Below are positions 26,001 to 40,439 of a stretch of 64,000 bases of DNA, piece by piece. The stretch's first letter is position 1; every line of letters begins with the position of its first letter. This DNA comes from Eledone cirrhosa (lineage: Eukaryota). Location of the stretch: positions 246,388,001 through 246,452,000 of the forward strand of contig OZ024741.1 in the NCBI GenBank assembly GCA_964016885.1, in the 5' to 3' direction. The notes below the pieces were generated by a model, which was not told the origin of the DNA, searched no databases, and was given only the letters and a program-made list of their open reading frames with translations. The translations under genes were made by a program, and so were the position numbers.

Positions 26001-29000
26001 ACAAATCTCCCAGTGATTTTAAAAAAAAAATTATCTTCCCTTCGCTGGCTGGAAATTATCTCCCCTTGGACGCTGGAAATTATAGCCCCTTGGAGGGCTG
26101 GAAATTATCTTCCCTTGGACGGCTGGAAATTATCTCCCCTTGATTTTTTTACAAATTATCTCCCCCTGATTTTTTTTTACAAATTATCTCCCCCTGATTT
26201 TTTTTTACAACTTATCTGCGCCTGATTTTTTTAAAAAAATTATCTCCCCTTGGACGGCTGGAAATTATCTCCCCTTGGACGGCTGGAAATTATCTCTCCT
26301 TGGACGGCTAGAATTTACCTCTCCTTGGACGGCTGAAAATTATCTCCCCTTGGACGGCTGGAAATTATCTCCCCTTGATTTTTTTTACAAATTATCTCCC
26401 CCTGATTTTTTTTTACAAATTATCTCCCCCTGATTTTTTTTTACAAATTATCTCCCCCTGATTTTTTTTACAAATTATCTCCCCCTGATTTTTTTACAAA
26501 TTATCTCCCCTTGGCTGGCTGGAAATTATCTCCCCTTGGAGGCTGGAACTTATCTCCCCTTGGACGGCTAGAAATTACCTCTCCTTGGACGGCTGGAAAA
26601 TATGTCTCCTTGGACGGCTGGATATTATCTCACCTTGGACGGCTAGAAATTATCTCCCCTTGGACGGCAGGAAATTATCTCCCCTTGGATGGCTAGATAT
26701 TACCTCCCCTTGGACGGCTGGAAATTATCTCCCCTTGATTTTTTTTACAAATTATCTGCCCCTGATTTTTTTTTACAAATTATCTCCCCCTGATTTTTTT
26801 TTGCAAATTATCTCCCCCTGATTTTTTTTTTAAAATTATCTCCCCTTGGACGGCTGGAAATTATCTCCCCTTGGACGGCTAGAAATTACCTCTCCTTGGA
26901 CGGCTGAAAATTATCTCCCCTTGGACGGCTGGAAATTATCTCCCCTTGATTTTTTTACAAATTATTTCCGCCTGATTTTTTTTACAAATTATCTCCCCCT
27001 GATTTTTTTTTACAAATTATCTACCCCTGATTTTTTTTTACAAATTATCTACCCCTGATTTTTTTTACAAATTATCTCCCCCTGATTTTTTTTACAAATT
27101 ATCTCCCCCTGATTTTTTTTTTTACAAATTATCTCCCCCTGATTTTTTTACAAATTATCTCCCCCTGATTTTTTTTACAAATTATCTCCGCCGGATTTTT
27201 TTAAATATTATCTTCCCTTGGCTGGCGGGAAATTATCTCCCCTTGGACGGCTGAAAATTATCTCCCCTTGGACGGCTGGAAATTATCTCCCCTTGATTTT
27301 TTTTACAAATTATCTCCCCCTGACTTTTTTTTACAAATTATCTCCCCCTGATTTTTTTTACAAATTATCTCCCCCTGATTTTTTTACAAATTATCTCCCC
27401 TTGGCTGGCTGGAAATTACCTCCCCTTGTAGGCTGGAATTTATCTCCCCTTGGACGGCTAGAAATTACCTCTACTTGGACGGCTGGAAAATATGTCTCCT
27501 TGGACGGCTGGATATTATCTCCCCTTGGACGGCTGGAAATTATCTCCCCTTGGACGGCTGGAAATTATCTCCCCTTGGACGCTGGAAATTATAGCCCCTT
27601 GGAGGGCTGGAAATTATCTTCCCTTGGACGGCTGGAAATTATCTCCCCTTGATTTTTTTTACAAATTATCTCCCCTGATTTTTTTTTACAAATTATCTCC
27701 CCCTGATTTTTTTTTACAACTTATCTGCGCCTGATTTTTTTAAAAAAATTATCTCCCCTTGGACGGCTGGAAATTATCTCCCCTTGGACGGCTGGAAATT
27801 ATCTCTCCTTGGACGGCTAGAATTTACCTCTCCTTGGACGGCTGAAAATTATCTCCCCTTGGACGGCTGGAAATTATCTCCCCTTGATTTTTTTTACAAA
27901 TTATCTCCCCCTGATTTTTTTTTACAAATTATCTCCCCCTGATTTTTTTTTACAAATTATCTCCCCCTGATTTTTTTTTACAAATTATCTCCCCCTGATT
28001 TTTTTTACAAATTATCTCCCCCTGATTTTTTTACAAATTATCTCCCCTTGGCTGGCTGGAAATTATCTCCCCTTGGAGGCTGGAACTTATCTCCCCTTGG
28101 ACGGCTAGAAATTACCTCTCCTTGGACGGCTGAAAATTATCTCCCCTTGGACGGCTGGAAATTATCTCCCCTTGATTTTTTTACAAATTATCTCCCCCTG
28201 ATTTTTTTTTACAAATTATCTCCCCCTGATTTTTTTTTACAAATTATCTACCCCTGATTTTTTTTTACAAATTATCTCCCCCTGATTTTTTTTTACAAAT
28301 TATCTACCCCTGATTTTTTTTACAAATTATCTCCCCCCGATTTTTTTTAGAAATTATCTCCCCGATTTTTTTTTTTACAAATTATCTCCCCCTGATTTTT
28401 TTACAAATTATCTCCCCCTGATTTTTTTTACAAATTATCTCCGCCGGATTTTTTTAAATATTATCTTCCCTTGGCTGGCGGGAAATTATCTCCCCTTGGA
28501 CGGCTGAAAATTATCTCCCCTTGGACGGCTGGAAATTATCTCCCCTTGATTTTTTTACAAATTATCTCCCCCTGATTTTTTTTTACAAATTATCTCCCCC
28601 TGATTTTTTTACAAATTATCTCCCCTTGGCTGGCTGGAAATTACCTCCCCTTGTAGGCTGGAATTTATCTCCCCTTGGACGGCTAGAAATTACCTCTCCT
28701 TGGACGGCTGGAAAATATGTCTCCTTGGACGGCTGGATATTATCTCCCCTTGGATGGCTGGAAATTATCTCCCCTTGGACGGCTGGAAATTATCTCCCCT
28801 TGATTTTTTTTACAAATTATCTCCCCCTGATTTTTTTTACAAATCTCCCAATGATTTTTAAAAAAAAATTATCTCCCCTTCGCTGGCTGGAAATTATCTC
28901 CCTTGGACGCTGGAAATTATAGCCCCTTGGAGGGCTGGAAATTATCTTCCCTTGGACGGCTGGAAATTATCTCCCCTTGATTTTTTTTACAAATTATCTC

Positions 29001-29400
29001 CCCCTGATTTTTTTTTACAAATTATCTCCCCCTGATTTTTTTTTACAAATTATCTCCCCCTGATTTTTTATTTACAAATTATCTCCGCCTGATTTTTTTT
29101 TTAAAATTACCTCCCCTTGGACGGCTGGAAATTATCTCCCCTTGGACGGCTGGAAATTATCTCCCCTTGGACGGCTAGAAATTATCTCTCCTTGGACGGC
29201 TGAAAATTATCTCCCCTTGGACGGCTGCAAATTATCTCCCCTTGATTTTTTTTACAAATTATCTCCCCCTGATTTTTTTTACAAATTATCTCCCCCTGAT
29301 TTTTTTTACAAATTATCTACCCCTGATTTTTTTTACAAATTATCTCCCCCTGATTTTTTTTTACAAATTATCTCCCCCTGATTTTTTTTTACAAATTATC
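21850..29400 (+). repeat. More diverged, collinear copy of ~2200-9830 (offset about 19.3-19.7 kb)
   Basis: Offsets 2949/22639, 4725/24027, 5355/25014, 5754/25414, 6278/25938, 7160/26846, 8494/28048, 9592/29142. The offset changes in steps consistent with monomer or block indels. Confidence 0.78.
23180..25000 (+). repeat. Second triplet of the ~625-629 bp higher-order unit
   Basis: The same A block starts at about 23398, 24027 and 24651. Confidence 0.85.
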
Positions 29401-29439
29401 TCCCCCTGATTTTTTTTTTACAAATTATCTCCCCCTGAT

Positions 29440-30085
29440 TTTTTTACAAAGTATCTCCCTCTGATTTTTTTTACAATCTCCGCCTGATTTTTTTTAAAAT
29501 TATCTTCCCTTGGCTGGCGGGAAATTATCTCCACTTGGACGGCTGGAAATTATCTCCCCTTGGAAGGATGGAAATTATCTCCCCTTGGACGGCTGGAAAT
29601 TATCTCCCCTTGCACGGCTGGAAATTATCTCCCCTTGGACGGCTAGAAATTATCTCTCTTTGGACGGCTGGAAATTATCTCCCTTTGATTTTTTTTACAA
29701 ATTATCTCCCTCTGATTTTTTTTACAAATCTCCCCCTGATTTTTTTAAAAAAATTATCTCCCCTTCGCTGGCTGGAAATTATCTCCCCTTGATTTTTTTT
29801 ACAAATTATCTCCCCCTGATTTTTTTTTACAAATTATCTCCCCCTGATTTTTTTTACAAAGTATCTCCCTCTGATTTTTTTTACAATCTCCGCCTGATTT
29901 TTTTAAAAATTATCTTCCCTTGGCTGGCGGGAAATTATCTCCACTTGGACGGCTGGAAATTATCTCCCCTTGGAAGGATGGAAATTATCTCCCCTTGGAC
30001 GGCTGGAAATTATCTCCCCTTGCACGGCTGGAAATTATCTCCCCTTGGACGGCTAGAAATTATCTCTCTTTGGACGGCTGGAAAT
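29440..30085 (+). repeat. 410-bp-period local duplication (also at ~43400-44040 and ~50840-51480)
   Basis: The block ACAAAGTATCTCCCTCTGA...ACAATCTCCGCC...TCTCCACTTGG recurs at +410 (29510/29920, 43466/43876, 50908/51318). Confidence 0.85.
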
Positions 30086-33000
30086 TATCACCCCTTGAGT
30101 TTTTTACAAATTATCTCCCCCTGATTTTTTTTACAAATCTCCCAGTGATTTTTAAAAAAAAATTATCTTCCCTTCGCTGGCTGGAAATTATCTCCCCTTG
30201 GACGCTGGAAATTATAGCCCCTTGGAGGGCTGGAAATTATCTTCCCTTGGACGGCTGGAAATTATCTCCCCTTGATTTTTTTTACAAATTATCTCCCCCT
30301 GATTTTTTTTTACAAATTATCTCCCCCTGATTTTTTTTTACAACTTATCTGCGCCTGATTTTTTTAAAAAAATTATCTCCCCTTGGACGGCTGGAAATTA
30401 TCTCCCCTTGGACGGCTGGAAATTATCTCTCCTTGGACGGCTAGAATTTACCTCTCCTTGGACGGCTGAAAATTATCTCCCCTTGGACGGCTGGAAATTA
30501 TCTCCCCTTGATTTTTTTTACAAATTATCTCCCCCTGATTTTTTTTTACAAATTATCTCCCCCTGATTTTTTTTTACAAATTATCTCCCCCTGATTTTTT
30601 TTACAAATTATCTCCCCCTGATTTTTTTTACAAATTATCTCCCCCTGATTTTTTTTACAAATTATCTCCCCTTGGCTGGCTGGAAATTATCTCCCCTTGG
30701 AGGCTGGAACTTATCTCCCCTTGGACGGCTAGAAATTACCTCTCCTTGGACGGCTGGAAAATATGTCTCCTTGGACGGCTGGATATTATCTCACCTTGGA
30801 CGGCTAGAAATTATCTCCCCTTGGACGGCAGGAAATTATCTCCCCTTGGATGGCTAGATATTACCTCCCCTTGGACGGCTGGAAATTATCTCCCCTTGAT
30901 TTTTTTTACAAATTATCTGCCCCTGATTTTTTTTTACAAATTATCTCCGCCTGATTTTTTTTTAAAAATTATCTCCCCTTGGACGGCTGGAAATTATCTC
31001 CCCTTGGACGGCTAGAAATTACCTCTCCTTGGACGGCTGAAAATTATCTCCCCTTGGACGGCTGGAAATTATCTCCCCTTCATTTTTTTACAAATTATCT
31101 CCCCCTGATTTTTTTTTACAAATTATCTCCCCCTGATCTTTTTTACAAATTATCTCCGCCTGATTTTTTTAAATATTATCTTCCCTTGGCTGGCGGGAAA
31201 TTATCTCCCCTTGGACGGCTGGAAATTATCTGCCCTTGATTTTCTTTTTACAAATTATCTTCCACTGATTTTTTTTACAAATTATCTCCACCTGATTTTT
31301 TAAAAAATTATCTCCCCTTGGAAGGCTGGAAATTATCTCCCCTTGGACGGCTGGAAATTATCTCCCCTTGGACGGCTAGAAATTATCTCTCCTTGGACGG
31401 CTGAAAATTATCTCCCCTTGGACGGCTGCAAATTATCTCCCCTTGATTTTTTTTACAAATTATCTCCCCCTGATTTTTTTTACAAATTATCTCCCCCTGA
31501 TTTTTTTTACAAATTATCTCCGCCGGATTTTTTTAAATATTATCTTCCCTTGGCTGGCGGGAAATTACCTCCCCTTGTAGGCTGGAATTTATCTCCCCTT
31601 GGACGGCTAGAAATTACCTCTCCTTGGACGGCTGGAAAATATGTCTCCTTGGACGGCTGGATATTATCTCCCCTTGGATGGCTGGAAATTATCTCCCCTT
31701 GGACGGCTGGAAATTATCTCCCCTTGATTTTTTTTACAAATTATCTCCCCCTGATTTTTTTTACAAATCTCCCAATGATTTTTTAAAAAAAATTATCTGC
31801 CCTTCGCTGGCTGGAAATTATCTCCCCTTGGACGCTGGAAATTATAGCCCCTTGGAGGGCTGGAAATTATCTTCCCTTGGACGGCTGGAAATTATCTCCC
31901 CTTGATTTTTTTTACAAATTATCTCCCCCTGATTTTTTTTTACAAATTATCTCCCCCTGATTTTTTTTTACAAATTATCTCCCCCTGATTTTTTATTTAC
32001 AAATTATCTCCGCCTGATTTTTTTTTAAAAATTACCTCCCCTTGGACGGCTGGAAATTATCTCCCCTTGGACGGCTGGAAATTATCTCCCCTTGGACGGC
32101 TAGAAATTATCTCTCCTTGGACGGCTGAAAATTATCTCCCCTTGGACGGCTGCAAATTATCTCCCCTTGATTTTTTTTACAAATTATCTCCCCCTGATTT
32201 TTTTTACAAATTATCTCCCCCTGATTTTTTTTACAAATTATCTACCCCTGATTTTTTTTACAAATTATCTCCCCCTGATTTTTTTTTACAAATTATCTCC
32301 CCCTGATTTTTTTTTTACAAATTATCTCCCCCTGATTTTTTTACAAAGTATCTCCCTCTGATTTTTTTTACAATCTCCGCCTGATTTTTTTTAAAATTAT
32401 CTTCCCTTGGCTGGCGGGAAATTATCTCCACTTGGACGGCTGGAAATTATCTCCCCTTGGAAGGATGGAAATTATCTCCCCTTGGACGGCTGGAAATTAT
32501 CTCCCCTTGCACGGCTGGAAATTATCTCCCCTTGGACGGCTAGAAATTATCTCTCTTTGGACGGCTGGAAATTATCTCCCTTTGATTTTTTTTACAAATT
32601 ATCTCCCTCTGATTTTTTTTACAAATCTCCCCCTGATTTTTTTAAAAAAATTATCTCCCCTTCGCTGGCTGGAAATTATCTCCCCTTGATTTTTTTTACA
32701 AATTATCTCCCCCTGATTTTTTTTTACAAATTATCTCCCCCTGATTTTTTTTACAAATTATCTCCCCCTGATTTTTTTTTACAAATTATCTCCCCCTGAT
32801 TTTTTTTACAAATTATCTCCGCCTGATTTTTTAAAATATTATCTTCCCTTGGCTGGCGGGAAATTATCTCCCCTTGGACGGCTGGAAATTATCTGCCCTT
32901 GATTTTCTTTTTACAAATTAACTTCCACTGATTTTTTTTACAAATTATCTCCACCTGATTTTTTAAAAAATTATCTCCCCTTGGAAGGCTGGAAATTATC

Positions 33001-35889
33001 TCCCCTTGGCTGGAAATTATCTCCCCTTGGACGGCTAGAAATTATCTCTCTTTGGACGGCTGGAAATTATCACCCCTTGAGTTTTTTACAAATTATCTCC
33101 CCCTGATTTTTTTTACAAATCTCCCAGTGATTTTTAAAAAAAAATTATCTTCCCTTCGCTGGCTGGAAATTATCTCCCCTTGGACGCTGGAAATTATAGC
33201 CCCTTGGAGGGCTGGAAATTATCTTCCCTTGGACGGCTGGAAATTATCTCCCCTTGATTTTTTTTACAAATTATCTCCCCCTGATTTTTTTTTACAAATT
33301 ATCTCCCCCTGATTTTTTTTTACAACTTATCTGCGCCTGATTTTTTTAAAAAAATTATCTCCCGTTGGACGGCTGGAAATTATCTCCCCTTGGACGGCTG
33401 GAAATTATCTCTCCTTGGACGGCTAGAATTTACCTCTCCTTGGACGGCTGAAAATTATCTCCCCTTGGACGGCTGGAAATTATCTCCCCTTGATTTTTTT
33501 TTACAAATTATCTCCCCCTGATTTTTTTTTACAAATTATCTCCCCCTGATTTTTTTTTACAAATTATCTCCCCCTGATTTTTTTTTACAAATTATCTCCC
33601 CCTGATTTTTTTTACAAATTATCTCCCCCTGATTTTTTTACAAATTATCTCCCCTTGGCTGGCTGGAAATTATCTCCCCTTGGAGGCTGGAACTTATCTC
33701 CCCTTGGACGGCTAGAAATTACCTCTCCTTGGACGGCTGGAAATATGTCTCCTTGGACGGCTGGATATTATCTCACCTTGGACGGCTAGAAATTATCTCC
33801 CCTTGGACGGCAGGAAATTATCTCCCCTTGGATGGCTAGATATTACCTCCCCTTGGACGGCTGGAAATTATCTCCCCGTGATTTTTTTTACAAATTATCT
33901 GCCCCTGATTTTTTTTTACAAATTATCTCCCCCTGATTTTTTTTTACAAATTATCTCCCCCTGATTTTTGTTTACAAATTATCTCCGCCTGATTTTTTTT
34001 TAAAAATTATCTCCCCTTGGACGGCTGGAAATTATCTCCCCTTGGACGGCTAGAAATTACCTCTCCTTGGACGGCTGAAAATTATCTCCCCTTGGACGGC
34101 TGGAAATTATCTCCCCTTCATTTTTTTACAAATTATCTCCCCCTGATTTTTTTTTACAAATTATCTCCCCCTGATCTTTTTTACAAATTATCTCCGCCTG
34201 ATTTTTTTAAATATTATCTTCCCTTGGCTGGCGGGAAATTATCTCCCCTTGGACGGCTGGAAATTATCTGCCCTTGATTTTCTTTTTACAAATTATCTTC
34301 CACTGATTTTTTTTACAAATTATCTCCACCTGATTTTTTAAAAAATTATCTCCCCTTGGAAGGCTGGAAATTATCTCCCCTTGGACGGCTGGAAATTATC
34401 TCCCCTTGGACGGCTAGAAATTATCTCTCCTTGGACGGCTGAAAATTATCTCCCCTTGGACGGCTGCAAATTATCTCCCCTTGATTTTTTTTACAAATTA
34501 TCTCCCCCTGATTTTTTTTACAAATTATCTCCCCCTGATTTTTTTTACAAATTATCTACCCCTGATTTTTTTTACAAATTATCTCCCCCTGATTTTTTTT
34601 TACAAATTATCTCCCCCTGATTTTTTTTTACAAATTATCTCCCCCTGATTTTTTTTTTACAAATTATCTCCCCCTGATTTTTTTACAAATTATCTCCCCC
34701 TGATTTTTTTTACAATCTCCGCCTGATTTTTTTAAAAATTATCTTCCCTTGGCTGGCGGGAAATTATCTCCCCTTGGACGGCTGGAAATTATCTCCCCTT
34801 GCACGGCTGGAAATTATCTCCCCTTGGCTGGAAATTATCTCCCCTTGGACGGCTAGAAATTATCTCTCTTTGGACGGCTGGAAATTATCTCCCTTTGATT
34901 TTTTTTACAAATTATCTCCCTCTGATTTTTTTTACAAATCTCCCCCTGATTTTTTTAAAAAAATTATCTCCCCTTCGCTGGCTGGAAATTATCTTCCTTG
35001 GACGGCTGGAAATTATCTCCCCTTGATTTTTTTTACAAATTATCTCCGCCTGATTTTTTTTAAAAATTATCTCTCCTTGGACGGCTGGAAATTATCTCCC
35101 CTTGATTTTTTTTACAAATAATCTCCCCCTGATTTTTTTTTACAAATTATCTCCCCCTGATTTTTTTTTTACAAATTATCTACCCCTGATTTTTTTTTAC
35201 AAATTATCTCCCCCTGATTTTTTTTACAAATTATCTCCCCCTGATTTTTCTTTTACAAATTATCTCCCCCTGATTTTTTTACAAATTATCTCCCCCTGAT
35301 TTTTTTTACAAATTGTCTCTGCCTGATTTTTTTAAATATTATCTTCCCTTGGCTGGCGGGAAATTACCTCCCCTTGGACGGCTGGAAATTATCTGTCCTT
35401 GATTTTCTTTTTACAAATTATCTTCCACTGATTTTTTTTACAAATTATCTCCACCTGATTTTTTAAAAAATTATCATCCCTTGGAAGGCTGGAAATTATC
35501 TCCCCTTGGCTGGAAATTATCTCCCCTTGGACGGCTAGAAATTATCTCTCTTTGGACGGCTGGAAATTATCACCCCTTGAGTTTTTTACAAATTATCTCC
35601 CCCTGATTTTTTTTACAAATCTCCCAGTGATTTTTAAAAAAAAATTATCTCCCCTTCGCTGGCTGGAAATTATCTCCCCTTGGACGCTGGAAATTATAGC
35701 CCCTTGGAGGGCTGGAAATTATCTTCCCTTGGACGGCTGGAAATTATCTCCCCTTGATTTTTTTTACAAATTATCTCCCCCTGATTTTTTTTTACAAATT
35801 ATCTCCCCCTGATTTTTTTTTACAACTTATCTGCGCCTGATTTTTTTAAAAAAATTATCTCCCCTTGGACGGCTGGAAATTATCTCTCC

Positions 35890-36580
35890 TTGGACGGCTA
35901 GAATTTACCTCTCCTTGGACGGCTGAAAATTATCTCCCCTTGGACGGCTGGAAATTATCTCCCCTTGATTTTTTTTACAAATTATCTCCCCCTGATTTTT
36001 TTTTACAAATTATCTCCCCCTGATTTTTTTTTTACAAATTATCTCCCCCTGATTTTTTTTTACAAATTATCTCCCCCTGATTTTTTTTACAAATTATCTC
36101 CCCCCTGATTTTTTTACAAATTATCTCCCCTTGGCTGGCTGGAAATTATCTCCCCTTGGAGGCTGGAACTTATCTCCCCTTGGACGGCTAGAAATTACCT
36201 CTCCTTGGACGGCTGGAAAATATGTCTCCTTGGACGGCTGGATATTATCTCCCCTTGGACGGCTGGAAATTATCTCCCCTTGGACGGCTAGAATTTACCT
36301 CTCCTTGGACGGCTGAAAATTATCTCCCCTTGGACGGCTGGAAATTATCTCCCCTTGATTTTTTTTACAAATTATCTCCCCCTGATTTTTTTTTACAAAT
36401 TATCTCCCCCTGATTTTTTTTTTACAAATTATCTCCCCCTGATTTTTTTTTACAAATTATCTCCCCCTGATTTTTTTTACAAATTATCTCCCCCCTGATT
36501 TTTTTACAAATTATCTCCCCTTAGCTGGCTGGAAATTATCTCCCCTTGGAGGCTGGAACTTATCTCCCCTTGGACGGCTA
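35890..36580 (+). repeat. About 390-bp-period local duplication (also at ~57287-57977)
   Basis: GGACGGCTAGAATTTACC occurs at ~35892 and ~36282. Each is followed by the same B block containing a C6 run and then by the TT(G/A)GCTGGCTGG block at 36131/36521. Confidence 0.78.
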
Positions 36581-39500
36581 GATATTACCTCCCCTTGGAC
36601 GGCTGGAAATTATCTCCCTTTGGACGGCTGGAAATTATCTCCCCTTGGATGGCTAGATATTACCTCCCCTTGGACGGCTGGAAATTATCTCCCCTTGATT
36701 TTTTTTTTACAAATTATCTCCCCCTGATTTTTTTTACAAATTATCTCCCCCTGATTTTTTTTTTACAAATTATCTCCCCCTGATTTTTTTACAAATTATC
36801 TCCCCCTGATTTTTTTTACAAATTATCTCCGCCGGATTTTTTTAAATATTATCTTCCCTTGGCTTGCGGGAAATTATCTCCCCTTGGACGGCTGAAAATT
36901 ATCTCCCCTTGGACGGCTGGAAATTATCTCCCCTTGATTTTTTTTACAAATTATCTCCCCCTGATTTTTTTTTACAAATTATCTTCCCCTGATTTTTTTT
37001 ACAAATTATCTCCCCCTGATTTTTTTTTACAAATTATCTCCCCCTGATTTTTTTTACAAATTATCTCCCCCTGATTTTTTTTAAAAATTATCTCCCCCTG
37101 ATTTTTTTTTACAAATTATCTCCCCCTGATTTTTTTACAAATTATCTCCCCCTGATTTTTTTTACAAATTATCTCCGCCTGATTTTTTAAAATATTATCT
37201 CCCCTTGGACGGCTGGAAATTATCTGCCCTTGATTTTCTTTTTACAAATTAACTTCCACTGATTTTTTTTACAAATTATCTCCACCTGATTTTTTTAAAA
37301 ATTATCTCCCCTTGGAAGGCTGGAAATTATCTCCCCTTGGCTGGAAATTATCTCCCCTTGGACGGCTAGAAATTATCTCTCTTTGGACGGCTGGAAATTA
37401 TCACCCCTTGAGTTTTTTACAAATTATCTCCCCCTGATTTTTTTTACAAATCTCCCAGTGATTTTTAAAAAAAAATTATCTTCCCTTCGCTGGCTGGAAA
37501 TTATCTCCCCTTGGACGCTGGAAATTATAGCCCCTTGATTTTTTTTACGAATTATCTCCCCCTGATTTTTTTTTACAAATTATCTCCCACTGATTTTTTT
37601 TTACAACTTATCTGCGCCTGATTTTTTTAAAAAAATTATCTCCCCTTGGACGGCTGGAAATTATCTCCCCTTGGACGGCTGGAAATTATCTCTCCTTGGA
37701 CGGCTAGAATTTACCTCTCCTTGGACGGCTGAAAATTATCTCCCCTTGGACGGCTGGAAATTATCTCCCCTTGATTTTTTTTACAAATTATCTCCCCCTG
37801 ATTTTTTTTTACAAATTATCTCCCCCTGATTTTTTTTTACAAATTATCTCCCCCTGATTTTTTTTACAAATTATCTCCCCCTGATTTTTTTACAAATTAT
37901 CTCCCCTTGGCTGGCTGGAAATTATCTCCCCTTGGAGGCTGGAACTTATCTCCCCTTGGACGGCTAGAAATTACCTCTCCTTGGACGGCTGGAAAATATG
38001 TCTCCTTGGACGGCTGGATATTATCTCACCTTGGACGGCTAGAAATTATCTCCCCTTGGACGGCAGGAAATTATCTCCCCTTGGATGGCTAGATATTACC
38101 TCCCCTTGGACGGCTGGAAATTATCTCCCCTTGATTTTTTTTACAAATTATCTGCCCCTGATTTTTTTTTACAAATTATCTCCCCCTGATTTTTTTTTAC
38201 AAATTATCTCCCCCTGATTTTTTTTTTAAAATTATCTCCCCTTGGACGGCTGGAAATTATCTCCCCTTGGACGGCTAGAAATTACCTCTCCTTGGACGGC
38301 TGAAAATTATCTCCCCTTGGACGGCTGGAAATTATCTCCCCTTGATTTTTTTACAAATTATTTCCCCCTGATTTTTTTTTACAAATTATCTCCCCCTGAT
38401 TTTTTTTTACAAATTATCTACCCCTGATTTTTTTTTACAAATTATCTCCCCCTGATTTTTTTTTACAAATTATCTACCCCTGATTTTTTTTACAAATTAT
38501 CTCCCCCTGATTTTTTTTACAAATTATCTCCCCCTGATTTTTTTTTTTACAAATTATCTCCTCCTGATTTTTTTACAAATTATCTCCCCCTGATTTTTTT
38601 TACAAATTATCTCCGCCGGATTTTTTTAAATATTATCTTCCCTTGGCTGGCGGGAAATTATCTCCCCTTGGACGGCTGAAAATTATCTCCTCTTGGACGG
38701 CTGGAAATTATCTCCCCTTGATTTTTTTTACAAATTATCTCCCACTGACTTTTTTTTACAAATTATCTCCCCCTGATTTTTTTTACAAATTATCTCCCCC
38801 TGATTTTTTTACAAATTATCTCCCCTTGGCTGGCTGGAAATTACCTCCCCTTGTAGGCTGGAATTTATCTCCCCTTGGACGGCTAGAAATTACCTCTACT
38901 TGGACGGCTGGAAAATATGTCTCCTTGGACGGCTGGATATTATCTCCCCTTGGACGGCTGGAAATTATCTCCCCTTGGACGGCTGGAAATTATCTCCCCT
39001 TGATTTTTTTTACAAATTATCTCCCCCTGATTTTTTTTACAAATCTCCCAGTGATTTTTAAAAAAAAATTATCTTCCCTTCGCTGGCTGGAAATTATCTC
39101 CCCTTGGACGCTGGAAATTATAGCCCCTTGGAGGGCTGGAAATTATCTTCCCTTGGACGGCTGGAAATTATCTCCCCTTGATTTTTTTTACAAATTATCT
39201 CCCCCTGATTTTTTTTTACAAATTATCTCCCCCTGATTTTTTTTTACAACTTATCTGCGCCTGATTTTTTTAAAAAAATTATCTCCCCTTGGACGGCTGG
39301 AAATTATCTCCCCTTGGACGGCTGGAAATTATCTCTCCTTGGACGGCTAGAATTTACCTCTCCTTGGACGGCTGAAAATTATCTCCCCTTGGACGGCTGG
39401 AAATTATCTCCCCTTGATTTTTTTTACAAATTATCTCCCCCTGATTTTTTTTACAAATTATCTCCCCCTGATTTTTTTTTACAAATTATCTCCCCCTGAT

Positions 39501-40439
39501 TTTTTTTTACAAATTATCTCCCCCTGATTTTTTTTACAAATTATCTCCCCCTGATTTTTTTACAAATTATCTCCCCTTGGCTGGCTGGAAATTATCTCCC
39601 CTTGGAGGCTGGAACTTATCTCCCCTTGGACGGCTAGAAATTACCTCTCCTTGGACGGCTGAAAATTATCTCCCCTTGGACGGCTGGAAATTATCTCCCC
39701 TTGATTTTTTTACAAATTATCTCCCCCTGATTTTTTTTTACAAATTATCTCCCCCTGATTTTTTTTTACAAATTATCTACCCCTGATTTTTTTTTACAAA
39801 TTATCTCCCCTGATTTTTTTTTACAAATTATCTACCCCTGATTTTTTTTACAAATTATCTCCCCCCGATTTTTTTTACAAATTATCTCCCCCTGATTTTT
39901 TTTTTTACAAATTATCTCCCCCTGATTTTTTTACAAATTATCTCCCCCTGATTTTTTTTACAAATTATCTCCGCCGGATTTTTTTAAATATTATCTTCCC
40001 TTGGCTGGCGGGAAATTATCTCCCCTTGGACGGCTGAAAATTATCTCCCCTTGGACGGCTGGAAATTATCTCCCCTTGATTTTTTTTACAAATTATCTCC
40101 CCCTGATTTTTTTTTACAAATTATCTCCCCCTGATTTTTTTACAAATTATCTCCCCTTGGCTGGCTGGAAATTACCTCCCCTTGTAGGCTGGAATTTATC
40201 TCCCCTTGGACGGCTGGAAATTATCTGCCCTTGATTTTCTTTTTACAAATTATCTTCCACTGATTTTTTTTACAAATTATCTCCACCTGATTTTTTAAAA
40301 AATTATCTCCCCTTGGAAGGCTGGAAATTATCTCCCCTTGGACGGCTGGAAATTATCTCCCCTTGGACGGCTAGAAATTATCTCTCCTTGGACGGCTGAA
40401 AATTATCTCCCCTTGGACGGCTGCAAATTATCTCCCCTT

